Of a stretch of DNA of 64,000 nucleotides, positions 1-12,113 are shown piece after piece; the stretch's first letter is position 1; each line of letters starts with the position of its first letter. Source of the DNA: Entomortierella parvispora E1425 (Eukaryota; Fungi; Mortierellomycota); assembly GCA_020891255.1 (NCBI GenBank), contig BQFW01000007.1, positions 2,790,001 through 2,854,000 of the forward strand. Reading direction: 5' to 3'. The translations under genes were made by a program, and so were the position numbers. The notes under the pieces were generated by a model. The model saw only the letters and a list, made by a program, of their open reading frames with translations, was not told the DNA's origin and did no database searches.

Positions 1-1501
1 ATGAAGACAGGCCTAGTGAGATAGAAGCTCCAGACAACCATGATCCATTATGGCGGAAACACAAGCGATGTATCGTGAGAAATACCCATTGCAGTCAATT
101 GACGTATGATAATTCTTGATGCTTCGGCACTGGACTTTCATGACGCCCACGCCAACAGTGGAGGATTGGAGGATACTGTGAGCGCCAACCCCGAACTCCC
201 AAAGTGAGGTGATCATCGTACCTGCTGTGCTTCCCCGTTGTATCCTCGGCGGCCTATCGATATCAACGGTTGGGAAGGGTAGGTGAAGATCCCCTCGTGT
301 TTCCGTAGGATCGAGTGTGTGTCCGTAGTTACTACCCGGTGATCCTACGCTACAAATATCGGGGGCTGGTTGTTCATCCGACCTGTACCGTACATATTGT
401 TAGTCGATCCACTGAAATGACATGCGATTTGGGGCGACCACCCAGTCTGGAGTCGCAAAATCGTGTGACAGAAGGTCCATCGTGTTGTCCTTGGATCGTA
501 TGAAAGCTGCTGTGATCTTGGCTCCTGTCGCCAAAGAATGGTACTCCCAGAAGGGACTTGCCAGGTCCATTTGGAGGAGGATGAACGTGTGCCCCATATT
601 TCGTCTACGTAGGGCAGGGTGGTTGTCGATCCCAACCATCTTGCCCCTCCCTTTGGCCTTGATGTCCAGAGACTAGATCGTTCTCAAGGCTATTTGCAGT
701 TCCAGACAACTGACAGATCGGTGCTTTCCCTTTGTCGACAGCTGTCCTGATAAGGTGTTGGCCGTCGGAACAGTGTACCCAGCCCATGTCGCTCCCATCC
801 TTGAAAACGTACTATTGTAGAAGTGGAGGCCGCTAAGAGCAGTCCTTGAAGTGGCTACACCACACAGTCCACTTCTACTGATGGGGTCACACTAGGCTTT
901 CCTGAGAGCGAGAACGGTGTCCTTGAAGACAAGAAGGACCGGATCTGTAAGCGTGTCAGAGCGACCAAACAAGGAGGTTAGTTGTTGCTGGGGGACTGGG
1001 TTGGGAATCCACCAGTCTCTCGGCAAAGGTCTCGTACCTTGTCATTGACGAGTGACAGCATCATCTTGTGAGTGTTGGTGTCGAAGCTGAGGCACCCGAC
1101 GACCTGATTGGACTTTGACTCGGGTTATTAGAGTGGGAACAGGACATTAGTTCAGGCTCACAAGTCTCGCCCAAGGACGTGTTGGACAGTGGGCACAGGC
1201 CAGCAAGCTTGAAAGTCCGGTCCGAAATTGTCGTAATGTCAACAGGTGCCAGGCGAGGATCTGGGCCATCATCCTCATCCGATCCTTTAAAAGACGCGCT
1301 AACACACGGATTTGGGGACTTGGCAAAAGAACATTCCGTTGTGGCTAGAGCTCTGGAGCCAAGATGACCAAGGCACGAGAAGACACAAAAGTTGGAGGCC
1401 AGTGTAAAGAGAGTCGATCTGATCTCAGACTGGATTGGTGGCGTGCAGACGAGGAAACAGGAGACGGAGACTCAAGTTGTGCAGGAATGGAATGCATGAG
1501 A

Positions 1502-1589
1502 GGGACAAGGACGCATGTGAGGGGACAAGGACGCATGTGAGGGGACAAGGACGCATGTGAGGGACAAGGACGCATGTGAGGGACAAGGA
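1502..1589 (+). repeat. 19-20 bp minisatellite (G)GGGACAAGGACGCATGTGA, 4 full copies plus a partial; mirrored at ~5321-5408, variant at ~34465-34535
   Basis: Read directly from the sequence. Confidence 0.92.
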
Positions 1590-2605
1590 TGAGAAGAACA
1601 AGAATGCATGAGAAGGACAATGAACAATGAGGGGCGACATGCAAGTGCAGACAAGAGACAAAAGGGATGCCAACGATGGTCCTGGGGTGGAGTGGAGGCC
1701 GGGAGGGAGAAGGGGCCACACACACGAAAAAGGGGAAGCTCGCCTTGCAAAAAAACACAAAAACGTGTCTTGGGTGCTTACCGGCGTCCCGGCAGCTTTT
1801 GGCGTTGCGCCCGCTGATCACGCAGGCCTGGCTGATACAGCCTCCCCCATCCAACCGCAATCCCTACGGCCCAATAGGACACTCCATACCATTCTATGTC
1901 TCCTCTTATGTATTTATAGGCGTATTCTGCGGCCAAAAGACATTTGCGGTACCAGGGTGGAATTTGGTAAAATGATTTCAATCGAGGTGCAAAAACAGTC
2001 AAAAAGTCAAAAAAAAAGCATGGAGCTGGTGGCTTGGGGCAATGCTGCGAGCGCGTGCGCGTGTGTGTGGCGCGTGCGTGCGTTCGGGGAAATCGCAGGG
2101 TCGCATGGCCTGAGCATCGTTTGACCAATCATCCATTCACCAGAACAGGAACAGCTTCTCATTCGACCGACAGGACAATGTGTCATCGCTCAGACCAGAC
2201 ATGGCACCCGGGGCAGCTCTGACCACGTATCCATGCGACCGGAGCAAATGGCCAGCGAGTGAGCGAGCAACATTCATCCACCTGATGCCTTGGTTTTGAG
2301 AGGTCCCATTCTGCGACATTATGGCATGGAGTCGACTCAGTGAGGCCCACGGTCTCTTATCATATCATACTACAAGTTGATCAAGGCGAGTTTGCCCACT
2401 CGTAGCCAACATGTCCATGGTTGTTCATAAACAGGAATTGGAGGCAAGTCAGTACAGGGACCACTCTTCAGGACAAGGACCGCTCTTGGAGGTGCACTGT
2501 GATCTGACTCTGGATCCACGGAACCTCTCGCTAATTCAGAAATGAATTCAAAAAACACGCTGGCCATGCCAGAAACCAGCTCAACAGAAACTACCCACGA
2601 TCACA

Positions 2606-2794
2606 GTGCATGATCTGACCTGGAACGCCCCTGTCAAAAACAGGCTCTACCCGGCGGATTATGGTTCAATAGGTTCAATGGGCAGTGAACGTCGGTGGCG
2701 CATGGATCAGCCCGAGCACAAGGTGGACAAACGAGTTCAACATTGCCTCAAGGTCATGCTCCGTCAACGCAACACCTCGGATCTTATCCAGTAA
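2606..2794 (+). pseudogene. 3' end of unknown decayed gene 'B' (mirror copy 4114-4302 on minus strand)
   Basis: Frame WNAPVKNRLYPADYG...WRMDQPEHKVDKRVQHCLKVMLRQRNTSDLIQ* is conserved, with the same stop position, in the paralogue at 33331-33520 (-). The upstream part is broken by stops and frameshifts. Confidence 0.55.
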
Positions 2795-3231
2795 CGACTG
2801 CCCGATTCCTGATATTCGTCAATATCGTCTTTGCATTCATCGACGGGTGCATTTTCCATGATAATTTGCTTGGGTTTCTGCCATGTGGGACGTGTGTCCA
2901 ATCAGTCGTGAAATCTTGTCGTGGGAGAAAGAGCACGGATACCGTTGGACTTGACAGCCACACTGCTCGACCATTGAACAGGGCCGCTCCACCTCCTGTA
3001 ACATGCGGACAGCTGCAACAGAGCACTGGATGAAAAATTCATTCAACGCACTCTGCCCTCATTGGGGGCACTCGCTTGATACCACACTGTCTGAGTTTTT
3101 ACCCCTTTATTCCACCATATCTCCATAGCGGTTAACATCATTGCAAGAACGAGGACAGTAACAGCACCGTCGCCATTCAAGGCAGACGAGCTTGCCCTGC
3201 TCCATCAGATCAACAGCTTCCTCATCCCAGC

Positions 3232-3405
3232 ATGCCAGAAGAATCTCCATCACTAAGCGAACTACTCGTGCGACGAAAAATATAAAAAGAACAATGAAAA
3301 CGACAACGAGAGCGAGAGATGGCGGCGAGAGAAAAGGAGAGTGAGAACCGGCGGTTCGAGGAAATCCTCTGTGGACTGAGACAATGGCCTCATCAAGGAC
3401 AATAG
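3232..3405 (+). pseudogene. Degenerate copy of charged small-ORF family A
   Basis: MPEESPSLSELLVRRKI*KEQ*KRQREREMAAREKESENRRFEEILCGLRQWPHQGQ*; two in-frame stops at 3283 and 3295. Confidence 0.65.
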
Positions 3406-4108
3406 CAATGGACCATACTAAATAAAACCCTGTTTTTTTTCTCTTCCTTGTTTCCCTAGTGCTGTTCTGCTTCTTGAAAACTCGGCTTTAAGTGCAGATC
3501 CAGATCTCTTACAGATTCCCACGTCATTGGCCATTATCCCTTTCCCTTCTTCTTGCCTTGCTCGTGCACTGTTCCCGTTTCTTCCTTTTTATACTGCAAT
3601 GTCCGTCAACACCCTCTCAAAGCTGCCTTTTGTTCTAGCCGCTTAATTATACAAATCGGAGAAAGGACCTTCTTCCTTTTGACATCAACTGAAGAGATAG
3701 GTGGTAGCACAAGGAGACAGAATGAGGGCACTCAGAAAATCACCATTTTTTTAATTCGTCTGCTCTCTCCTTCCCTCTCTTCTCTTCTTTTGGCTTTGCA
3801 TCCCTGGCCACGAGATTTCCGAGTTAGCAATGCACGAGATGTGGGAAGAGGAGGACGATTCAAAGTTAGACTCTGAGCAAGTTATATCCATATCGTTGAA
3901 CTTGCTACTGTGAGTGCCGTCTGCCCTCTTTACATTTCCGTTCCACTATTTTCTCTCCTCGGATCTGCGTCAAGAGAGAACTGAGGTGGTCCACAGAATA
4001 AGCACGCTTTAATAAAGGCCAGGGGGCGACAGCCGGCCATTATAGACCCAATGAAATTGAAGTGTCGTTGGATGCAGAGTCGATACTGATGAAGGAAAGG
4101 AGCCAAGT

Positions 4109-6691
4109 AGTCGTTACTGGATAAGATCCGAGGTGTTGCGTTGACGGAGCATGACCTTGAGGCAATGTTGAACTCGTTTGTCCACCTTGTGCTCGGGCTG
4201 ATCCATGCGCCACCGACGTTCACTGCCCATTGAACCTATTGAACCATAATCCGCCGGGTAGAGCCTGTTTTTGACAGGGGCGTTCCAGGTCAGATCATGC
4301 ACTGTGATCGTGGGTAGTTTCTGTTGAGCTGGTTTCTGGCATGGCCAGCGTGTTTTTTGAATTCATTTCTGAATTAGCGAGAGGTTCCGTGGATCCAGAG
4401 TCAGATCACAGTGCACCTCCAAGAGCGGTCCTTGTCCTGAAGAGTGGTCCCTGTACTGACTTGCCTCCAATTCCTGTTTATGAACAACCATGGACATGTT
4501 GGCTACGAGTGGGCAAACTCGCCTTGATCAACTTGTAGTATGATATGATAAGAGACCGTGGGCCTCACTGAGTCGACTCCATGCCATAATGTCGCAGAAT
4601 GGGACCTCTCAAAACCAAGGCATCAGGTGGATGAATGTTGCTCGCTCACTCGCTGGCCATTTGCTCCGGTCGCATGGATGCATTGGTCAGAGCTGCCCCG
4701 GGTGCCATGTCTGGTCTGAGCGATGACACATTGTCCTGTCGGTCGAATGAGAAGCTGTTCCTGTTCTGGTGAATGGATGATTGGTCAAACGATGCTCAGG
4801 CCATGCGACCCTGCGATTTCCCCGAACGCACGCACGCGCCACACACACGCGCACGCGCTCGCAGCATTGCCCCAAGCCACCAGCTCCATGCTTTTTTTTT
4901 GACTTTTTGACTGTTTTTGCACCTCGATTGAAATCATTTTACCAAATTCCACCCTGGTACCGCAAATGTCTTTTGGCCGCAGAATACGCCTATAAATACA
5001 TAAGAGGAGACATAGAATGGTATGGAGTGTCCTATTGGGCCGTAGGGATTGCGGTTGGATGGGGGAGGCTGTATCAGCCAGGCCTGCGTGATCAGCGGGC
5101 GCAACGCCAAAAGCTGCCGGGACGCCGGTAAGCACCCAAGACACGTTTTTGTGTTTTTTTTGCAAGGCGAGCTTCCCCTTTTTCGTGTGTGTGGCCCCTT
5201 CTCCCTCCCGGCCTCCACTCCACCCCAGGACCATCGTTGGCATCCCTTTTGTCTCTTGTCTGCACTTGCATGTCGCCCCTCATTGTTCATTGTCCTTCTC
5301 ATGCATTCTTGTTCTTCTCATCCTTGTCCCTCACATGCGTCCTTGTCCCTCACATGCGTCCTTGTCCCCTCACATGCGTCCTTGTCCCCTCACATGCGTC
5401 CTTGTCCCTCTCATGCATTCCATTCCTGCACAACTTGAGTCTCCGTCTCCTGTTTCCTCGTCTGCACGCCACCAATCCAGTCTGAGATCAGATCGACTCT
5501 CTTTACACTGGCCTCCAACTTTTGTGTCTTCTCGTGCCTTGGTCATCTTGGCTCCAGAGCTCTAGCCACAACGGAATGTTCTTTTGCCAAGTCCCCAAAT
5601 CCGTGTGTTAGCGCGTCTTTTAAAGGATCGGATGAGGATGATGGCCCAGATCCTCGCCTGGCACCTGTTGACATTACGACAATTTCGGACCGGACTTTCA
5701 AGCTTGCTGGCCTGTGCCCACTGTCCAACACGTCCTTGGGCGAGACTTGTGAGCCTGAACTAATGTCCTGTTCCCACTCTAATAACCCGAGTCAAAGTCC
5801 AATCAGGTCGTCGGGTGCCTCAGCTTCGACACCAACACTCACAAGATGATGCTGTCACTCGTCAATGACAAGGTACGAGACCTTTGCCGAGAGACTGGTG
5901 GATTCCCAACCCAGTCCCCCAGCAACAACTAACCTCCTTGTTTGGTCGCTCTGACACGCTTACAGATCCGGTCCTTCTTGTCTTCAAGGACACCGTTCTC
6001 GCTCTCAGGAAAGCCTAGTGTGACCCCATCAGTAGAAGTGGACTGTGTGGTGTAGCCACTTCAAGGACTGCTCTTAGCGGCCTCCACTTCTACAATAGTA
6101 CGTTTTCAAGGATGGGAGCGACATGGGCTGGGTACACTGTTCCGACGGCCAACACCTTATCAGGACAGCTGTCGACAAAGGGAAAGCACCGATCTGTCAG
6201 TTGTCTGGAACTGCAAATAGCCTTGAGAACGATCTAGTCTCTGGACATCAAGGCCAAAGGGAGGGGCAAGATGGTTGGGATCGACAACCACCCTGCCCTA
6301 CGTAGACGAAATATGGGGCACACGTTCATCCTCCTCCAAATGGACCTGGCAAGTCCCTTCTGGGAGTACCATTCTTTGGCGACAGGAGCCAAGATCACAG
6401 CAGCTTTCATACGATCCAAGGACAACACGATGGACCTTCTGTCACACGATTTTGCGACTCCAGACTGGGTGGTCGCCCCAAATCGCATGTCATTTCAGTG
6501 GATCGACTAACAATATGTACGGTACAGGTCGGATGAACAACCAGCCCCCGATATTTGTAGCGTAGGATCACCGGGTAGTAACTACGGACACACACTCGAT
6601 CCTACGGAAACACGAGGGGATCTTCACCTACCCTTCCCAACCGTTGATATCGATAGGCCGCCGAAGATACAACGGGGAAGCACAGCAGGTA
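4109..6691. repeat. Right arm of the ~2.58 kb inverted repeat
   Basis: Reverse complement of 219-2799. Three differences seen: 245/6665 substitution, A7 vs T8 (1749/5154), and CGT vs GCAT (2226/4680). Confidence 0.97.
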
Positions 6692-7327
6692 TGTTGGTCG
6701 ACTCGGCATGAGAGTCCAAGTCTTGGAATTCAACTCTCCCACCGGATCGCCAACAATGCTGGTCAATTTCATTGAGTCTATCATGCCCAACTGCGGACGG
6801 AGGAGCAGAGGAGCAGAGACAACCAGAAAGACAGAGAGGGCAGACGAGCGGAGGGGCAGACGAGCACAGAAGACAGAGGGGCAGACAAGTAATAAACTGG
6901 CTTTATTAAGTAGAGTACGGAAATGATCCAGGGCGATGGATGCGCTCCGCCGGATGGGATGCTCGCGTTGAACGGCGCGGTCTTGTCTTTGCCACCACTC
7001 AGCGTCGGCCCCCCTGGTATCGCTCTTACTGCTGCCGACGCCTTCGCTTCTCTCTTTGTCTTCACTGTTGTTGCAGTGGCAGCGTCAAGAGCTATGTCTA
7101 CGCCAATAGAGAGGGTCACTTGCCACTGCCAGAATCAAGAGGCTCCCTTGGGGCTCTAATCAAGGCAGCCAACCCATCCTCTACGCTTGATTAGTCTACG
7201 TTTTCCAGAATCGCTTGACCGTGTCTTCCACAATCGACACAATCCACTTAAACATCCACGCCAAACTCCTGGACTCTTTGATAAGGAGTTCCTCTGCTGA
7301 CATTGTTGATTGTAGTAAGGCCAATTC

Positions 7328-7358
<31 letters not shown>

Positions 7359-7880
7359 TGGCGGCGATCTGAACACCCATCACGCAAAAACATCGATCCA
7401 CTCTGTCCAGAGACTCAGACTATGACCTAATGCCATTTCTCTTTTGATGCTCGTACCATGCCAGAGCTCTCCTTCCTCGCTCTGATTCATCTTTTGCCAT
7501 TCCATTCCATTCATATTCATAGAAGATGCAGTTTATATTGATGTCGAAAGGGAGGGGTCCTTTTCTTCAATTTATATGAGTAAAATGGCTACAACAAAAA
7601 ATAGCTTCGACGTGGGTATTGACGAATACGGGATGGCGTCCACACACGCGACCTTGGAAACCATCACAAGAGACAGATGATATGGTGATGGGAGAAAGGA
7701 AGAAAAGGAAACAGAGCCCCATGGCCAAATATCTACAAGAAGAAAGAGAAGGTGAAGAAACAATGACGCGGGAGCCTGCAACGGATCCTAAGCTTCGAAC
7801 AGCACTATCAACAAGAAACGGAACAGGAATAGGGAGATGTGGAAGGCGGTCGAGCAAACATTTTGTTGAAGTGGTTGTTG

Positions 7881-8072
7881 CTATTTCTTGGGCCACTGAC
7901 CCAACCCTCGCAGGATGGCCTCCTCGAGGCGCTGGTTCTCCTCGTCCTCCTCCCATTCTACCCTCCGTCGCTGTCGTCGTTGTTCTCGTTCTTGTTGTCG
8001 ACGCGATCTTCGCAGCTCCCACAACTCCCTCAGCTCTTGGGGGGTGAGGTCTTTGGGCTGTTGAGAAGACAT
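7881..8072 (-). CDS. Intact 63-aa Arg/Glu/Gln-rich small protein, family A (unknown function)
   Basis: ATG-started ORF MSSQQPKDLTPQELRELWELRRSRRQQEREQRRQRRRVEWEEDEENQRLEEAILRGLGQWPKK. The same frame and an MSS start recur in paralogues. Confidence 0.55.
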   Translation of the reverse strand: MSSQQPKDLTPQELRELWELRRSRRQQEREQRRQRRRVEWEEDEENQRLEEAILRGLGQWPKK

Positions 8073-8305
8073 TCCGTTGTTGATTTGAGAAGAACGGCGA
8101 AGGACAAGCTCGCCTTAAATGGCGTGGTGTCTTCTTGCTGTCATAGAAACAGCTGTTCTTGTTTTTGCCGCTATCGACTTGCAGGCTCTCCTCGTCCTCC
8201 TCCCTTTTGAGGGTGCTTTTGAAAAGGACGATGTGTACATGCGAACTGGAGATCTATTGTACAAGACCAAGGACCAGTACTGGTACTTTGCCGATCGTCC
8301 CTCTC

Positions 8306-8418
8306 TCACTGTCCTCGTGCTTCTCGTTCAGCTTGTCGTCGCAATCTTCGCTGCTCGCGCAGCTTCAGCAGTTCTTGGCGGATGAGCTCTAGATTCTTGG
8401 GGGTAGCTCTGACGACAT
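8306..8418 (-). pseudogene. Degenerate family-A small ORF
   Basis: MSSEL start, then a frameshifted ELIRQELLKLREQRRLRRQAEREARGQ*; preceded by the family motif at 8466-8516. Confidence 0.55.
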
Positions 8419-8998
8419 GGTACTGGATACCGGATATAGGGGTCGTCAAAAGCAAGGCGTAGGGAAAGCTCGCCCTTGAAGGGAACGATTTCGGTTCTGC
8501 CCTCGTTCTTGCAATGATGGTGGCTTCTGTGGAGACGTGGTAGCAAAAAAAAAAAAAAAAAAAGATATCAGGCAGTGTGGCGTCAAGGGCGCACGTTTAT
8601 CAGGCGGTGACCACCGAAGGGGGCATGATGTATATGAGTCAGCAAGCAAAATGGATACCAGGCAGTGCCACTGATGGGGACAGAGTGTCAATTGACGCAA
8701 TGAATAGATCCATCCAGCGCTCTGTTGCAGAGCTCTAGATGATGTTTCACTTTATTGTCCGACGGCGCCTTCCACTCCACTACCATATTGAACAGAGCCA
8801 CATAGTCTTTTTTGCTTGGCCAGGTTATACCCCAGCTGACACAATCTAATTGAACGTCCACGTTAATCCCAGACTCTTTTATAGGAAGGAGCCAGGTAGG
8901 CCTCACCCCTCATGACAATAAACAAGAGATGCAATGATGTTGAGAAGGAGCACTCTTTATACTGATACTGGAAGGTAAAACAAGATGGGTAAATGGTA

Positions 8999-11410
8999 TC
9001 ATGGAGAATGGGTCTGGCCAGCTGCCATGGCAGGCAACGAGGAGGAGGAAGAGCTCGTATGCATACGCCCTTCATGAACGTTGATTCCAGAGGCTAAGGT
9101 ATCACTACCCCCCGTGACAGCAGTTTTGGAGGCCTTTGGATCCTCTAGATTGCTATACTGGACAAGATCTGGATCCTCCTCATCCACCAAGATGTTATAA
9201 AGACCTGACTGGCTCCCGGAGGGGGACAACGCCATGCTATCCAACCTTGAAGGATGACTGCCCTGTTGTCTCGCATGGTGATGTCGATGACCGATCCGGG
9301 GCCCATGTCGCCTATGCGACCGATGCGTGCCAAATACACGATCCAGAACCCGGTCCAAGCATCGAAATTTGCCCGTGTAATAGAGCCATTGACAGAAGAT
9401 GGAAAGATCAAACATCAATGTTCCCGACGATCCTAGCACATATGGCACAGCCTCCCGGAGAAATTTCTGACGCGTTGTCGGATCTACGGCCTCGCGCGAG
9501 TTGAGGATCGAGAGAGTATACGAAAGATTACCCATGGCCGCCCAAAAAAACATAAGGATCGACAATCCCTGGACAGACTTGCGTTTGTACTGGGAAAGAA
9601 AAGAGGTGGTTCGGTGGCAAAGAGTCAGCACAGCAAACAACAAAACAACAAAACAACAAAGAGGCCAAAAAAAAAAAAAAATGGGGACACATACATTTTT
9701 CCAGAGCTGAGGCATCCGACTGGATAAATAAAAGACTGTGCAGACCCATGCAAAAATCCTTCCTAATTGCACAATATTCACATCTGTAGGCTCGTCCGTG
9801 ATCATCTCATCCTGCGAAAGATCTGCTCTTGCAAAAACACGGCCTTGGACAGGGAAGGACCCTGTCAATGATCCTGATCCAAAATGTGCCTCCAAGGTCG
9901 AGTCTGAAGGCCAGGTTTGACGCAGTGTGAAGAGCATTACCCCAAAGAGCACGATAGATGTGCTATCGAAGGACAAAAAGATAGAGAATCGGAAAATGGT
10001 GAGACGGATGTCGCGGCTATTTCCCGTACAACAGTATCTTTCACGAAATAAAGAGGTATACCTTCTCCTATGTGAAATATCAGAAGCGGTCGTCGCCCGT
10101 CTCGTCCTGGGCCTGTGCATCAATGGTGATAGGTTTTCAGCCTGCTCCAAATCACTGCCCAGTTCTGCGCCTCCATCCAGAACTAAATCATGATGCAAAG
10201 GAGGAATTGCCGTCGCTGTCGTCGAAGCAGCAGGCGCTGCCGTTACTGTTGCCGAAGTCACTCTTCTTGAATGGCGGGGTCGACCCGACAGTGAGGGTGC
10301 GGGATGAAGCGAATGGCGGCGGTGATCTGTTTCCGAAATCTCGGGCAAGTCCCCGACCATGATATCGGGCATGTCGTGCTGAACTAGTCGTTTATAACGG
10401 TCCCGACGGGAGTAGTATATCCACTGACCAAAAAGGATGATGTCTGCGATACAAAAGTAAATGGCGAGATACATCTATTGGGGGTAAGAGAAGGCGAACA
10501 GCGTGATCAATCAGTTGTTGAGAGCGACATAAGAGGCATTGTAGTTCCCCAGCTAGAAGGCAAGGAATCCTGATGGCATCCCTACCTGAAATGGGAGTTG
10601 GTGGGTCAAAATACATCCGATCAGATTGCTAATGTCGCCTGGAGGGGCAAGAAGCAAAAGGTTCAGACCAGAAAGGCAGGTTAGAACATCTGGTACTTTG
10701 AGAGGACATATTAGACCCTGCCAAGAAACCTCCTCCTACCCAGCAGCCAATTGATCAGAAATGGTAGTGAGAGGGACTCTATATCCATACGATACGGAAG
10801 AAGCAACAATTTACATTAGTATAATAAGGCCATGGGTCCCCAAGGGTGCATTGATCCTCCTCTGGAATCAAACCCACCTGCTGAGCCCAGCTTGAAATTT
10901 TCAATGATCTGGCTACAAGGCAAAAACAAAAAAAGGTCCTGTCAGCCATCGTGTGTGTAACGCACTCCCTTTCGTCACCTCTGTTCCTGTCCTCCTTACG
11001 GTATCTGAGCATTCAACCAGCAGAGAATTGATACATATCCTAGAGAATATTGGCCAAAGGAAGAAAGAGAGCGGGTCAGGATTCAACCTTGTTTGTTGCT
11101 GCAGCGAAACAAAAAAAAAAAGAAGTCCGCTCGAAGAAGAAAAAAGAGAACCTGGACCGATTCGTCAGTCAAGGAGAAAAGAATGAAGGGATGCCTTACC
11201 AAGGAGCAGACTCATGGCCTGCTGCTGTGTCGTTACACATTCATTAAACAGAGTCTAATGGGTTCAGAAAGAGAAAAGCACATTCATTTACGGTCAGCTG
11301 TCTTGACAAGGTAAAATGAGACCAAGAAAGAGGCGAACAAATGAGGTCCTTGTTCATGGGAGAAAAGCTACCTTGATCCAGCCAATGCATTCCGCAGGTG
11401 ACCCTTCCAT
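8999..11410 (-). CDS. PQ-loop vacuolar/lysosomal amino-acid transporter (Ypq1/PQLC2 family), multi-exon
   Basis: Spliced exons give MEGSPAECIGWIK|TLFNECVTTQQQAMSLLLG|YVSILCWLNAQIP|QIIENFKLGSA|ESLSLPFLINWLLG|DISNLIGCILTHQLPFQ|MYLAIYFC. A second loop follows: FYLSSRMPQLWKN|YKRKSVQGLSILMFFWAAMGNLSY. Confidence 0.93.
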
Positions 11411-12113
11411 GACATTCGCGAGTAGAGAGCTTTTGTTGCCTTATTTGTTTGTTCGAGCTGAAAGGAGACAAAGGAACAAAGAGAAAAGAGAGGCAAGAAA
11501 GAAAAAAAAGTCCGGGAGAAGAAGGGACTGGATATTTGCCAGCCAATGAAGGTGAGAGTGACTGAAATAGCGCTGCGTGCCTCGGAGTGCCAATACGAAC
11601 AGGACGGAGGATGAAGGTCGGAGGAAAAGAGTAGGAGTAGTGGAGAGAAAGAAGAGGAGGTCAGGTAAGTGAAGAGAAAGGGGCGGAGGGAAGAAGCAGA
11701 AGGGAAGACCCACTGCAAACAGGACAAAAGATCTGACGCGCGTGGTGTGCGCGTGCGTGGTTTGCGCATGGTCTGATGCGCCCTTGGTTGGTTGCTTGGG
11801 TTGCTTGGTTGGTTGCACACGGGTGTGTGTAGGGAGAACCTCCTTTCTCTTGCCCAAAAACGCGCCTCTGTCAAAAACTTCTTAGTCCCTGTCCCCATCT
11901 GCTGCTCCTGTTTGTCTAGTATTCTCAAGACTCTCCCTTCTCAATGATGTTGGATGGAGAACACAAACGACTGAGTTCCACCAAAGCTCACAATGGCGTT
12001 CTCTCTTAGTTCACTTCATTGGACTTTTTGTTCTTTTCTTTTTCTACTTCTCTCTCTCTCTCTCTCTCTCTCTTTTTTCTCACCTCCCCTGTCCTCACCT
12101 CCCCTTTTGAAGT

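Larger units (their letters stand above)
219..2799. repeat. Left arm of a ~2.58 kb near-perfect inverted repeat (partner 4109-6691)
   Basis: ORF track is mirrored (315..503+ = 6407..6595-; 2606..2794+ = 4114..4302-). Ends read directly: TACCTGCTGTGC at 219 pairs with GCACAGCAGGTA ending 6691; CCAGTAACGACT ending 2799 pairs with AGTCGTTACTGG starting 4109. Confidence 0.97.
6760..8560 (-). repeat. Block homologous (inverted) to ~31440-33270; contains family-A small ORFs
   Basis: Shadow ORFs at 7619..8047+ and 31842..32345-, and at 6923..7159+ and 32743..33027-, are nearly identical. Nucleotide blocks are collinear, including a poly(A) tract at the same position. Confidence 0.93.

Noticed and set aside
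1502-1589. CRISPR-like array
   Set aside because: Units are head-to-tail with no unique spacers; it is a minisatellite in a eukaryotic context.
1345-2128. Several overlapping 100-170 aa ORFs in the repeat arms (mirrored at 4781-5565)
   Set aside because: They overlap on both strands, run through a minisatellite, and change with a single homopolymer indel between arms; probably spurious.
219-6691. Foldback or TIR transposon interpretation of the inverted repeat
   Set aside because: No transposase in the spacer and no evident target-site duplication at 219/6691; the arms are part of a larger gene-like repeat.
7328-7355. Poly(A) tract as a retroposition tail (also 32568-32591 and 8545-8563)
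   Set aside because: Long A/T homopolymers are common in introns and intergenic DNA throughout the window, and no TSD is visible.
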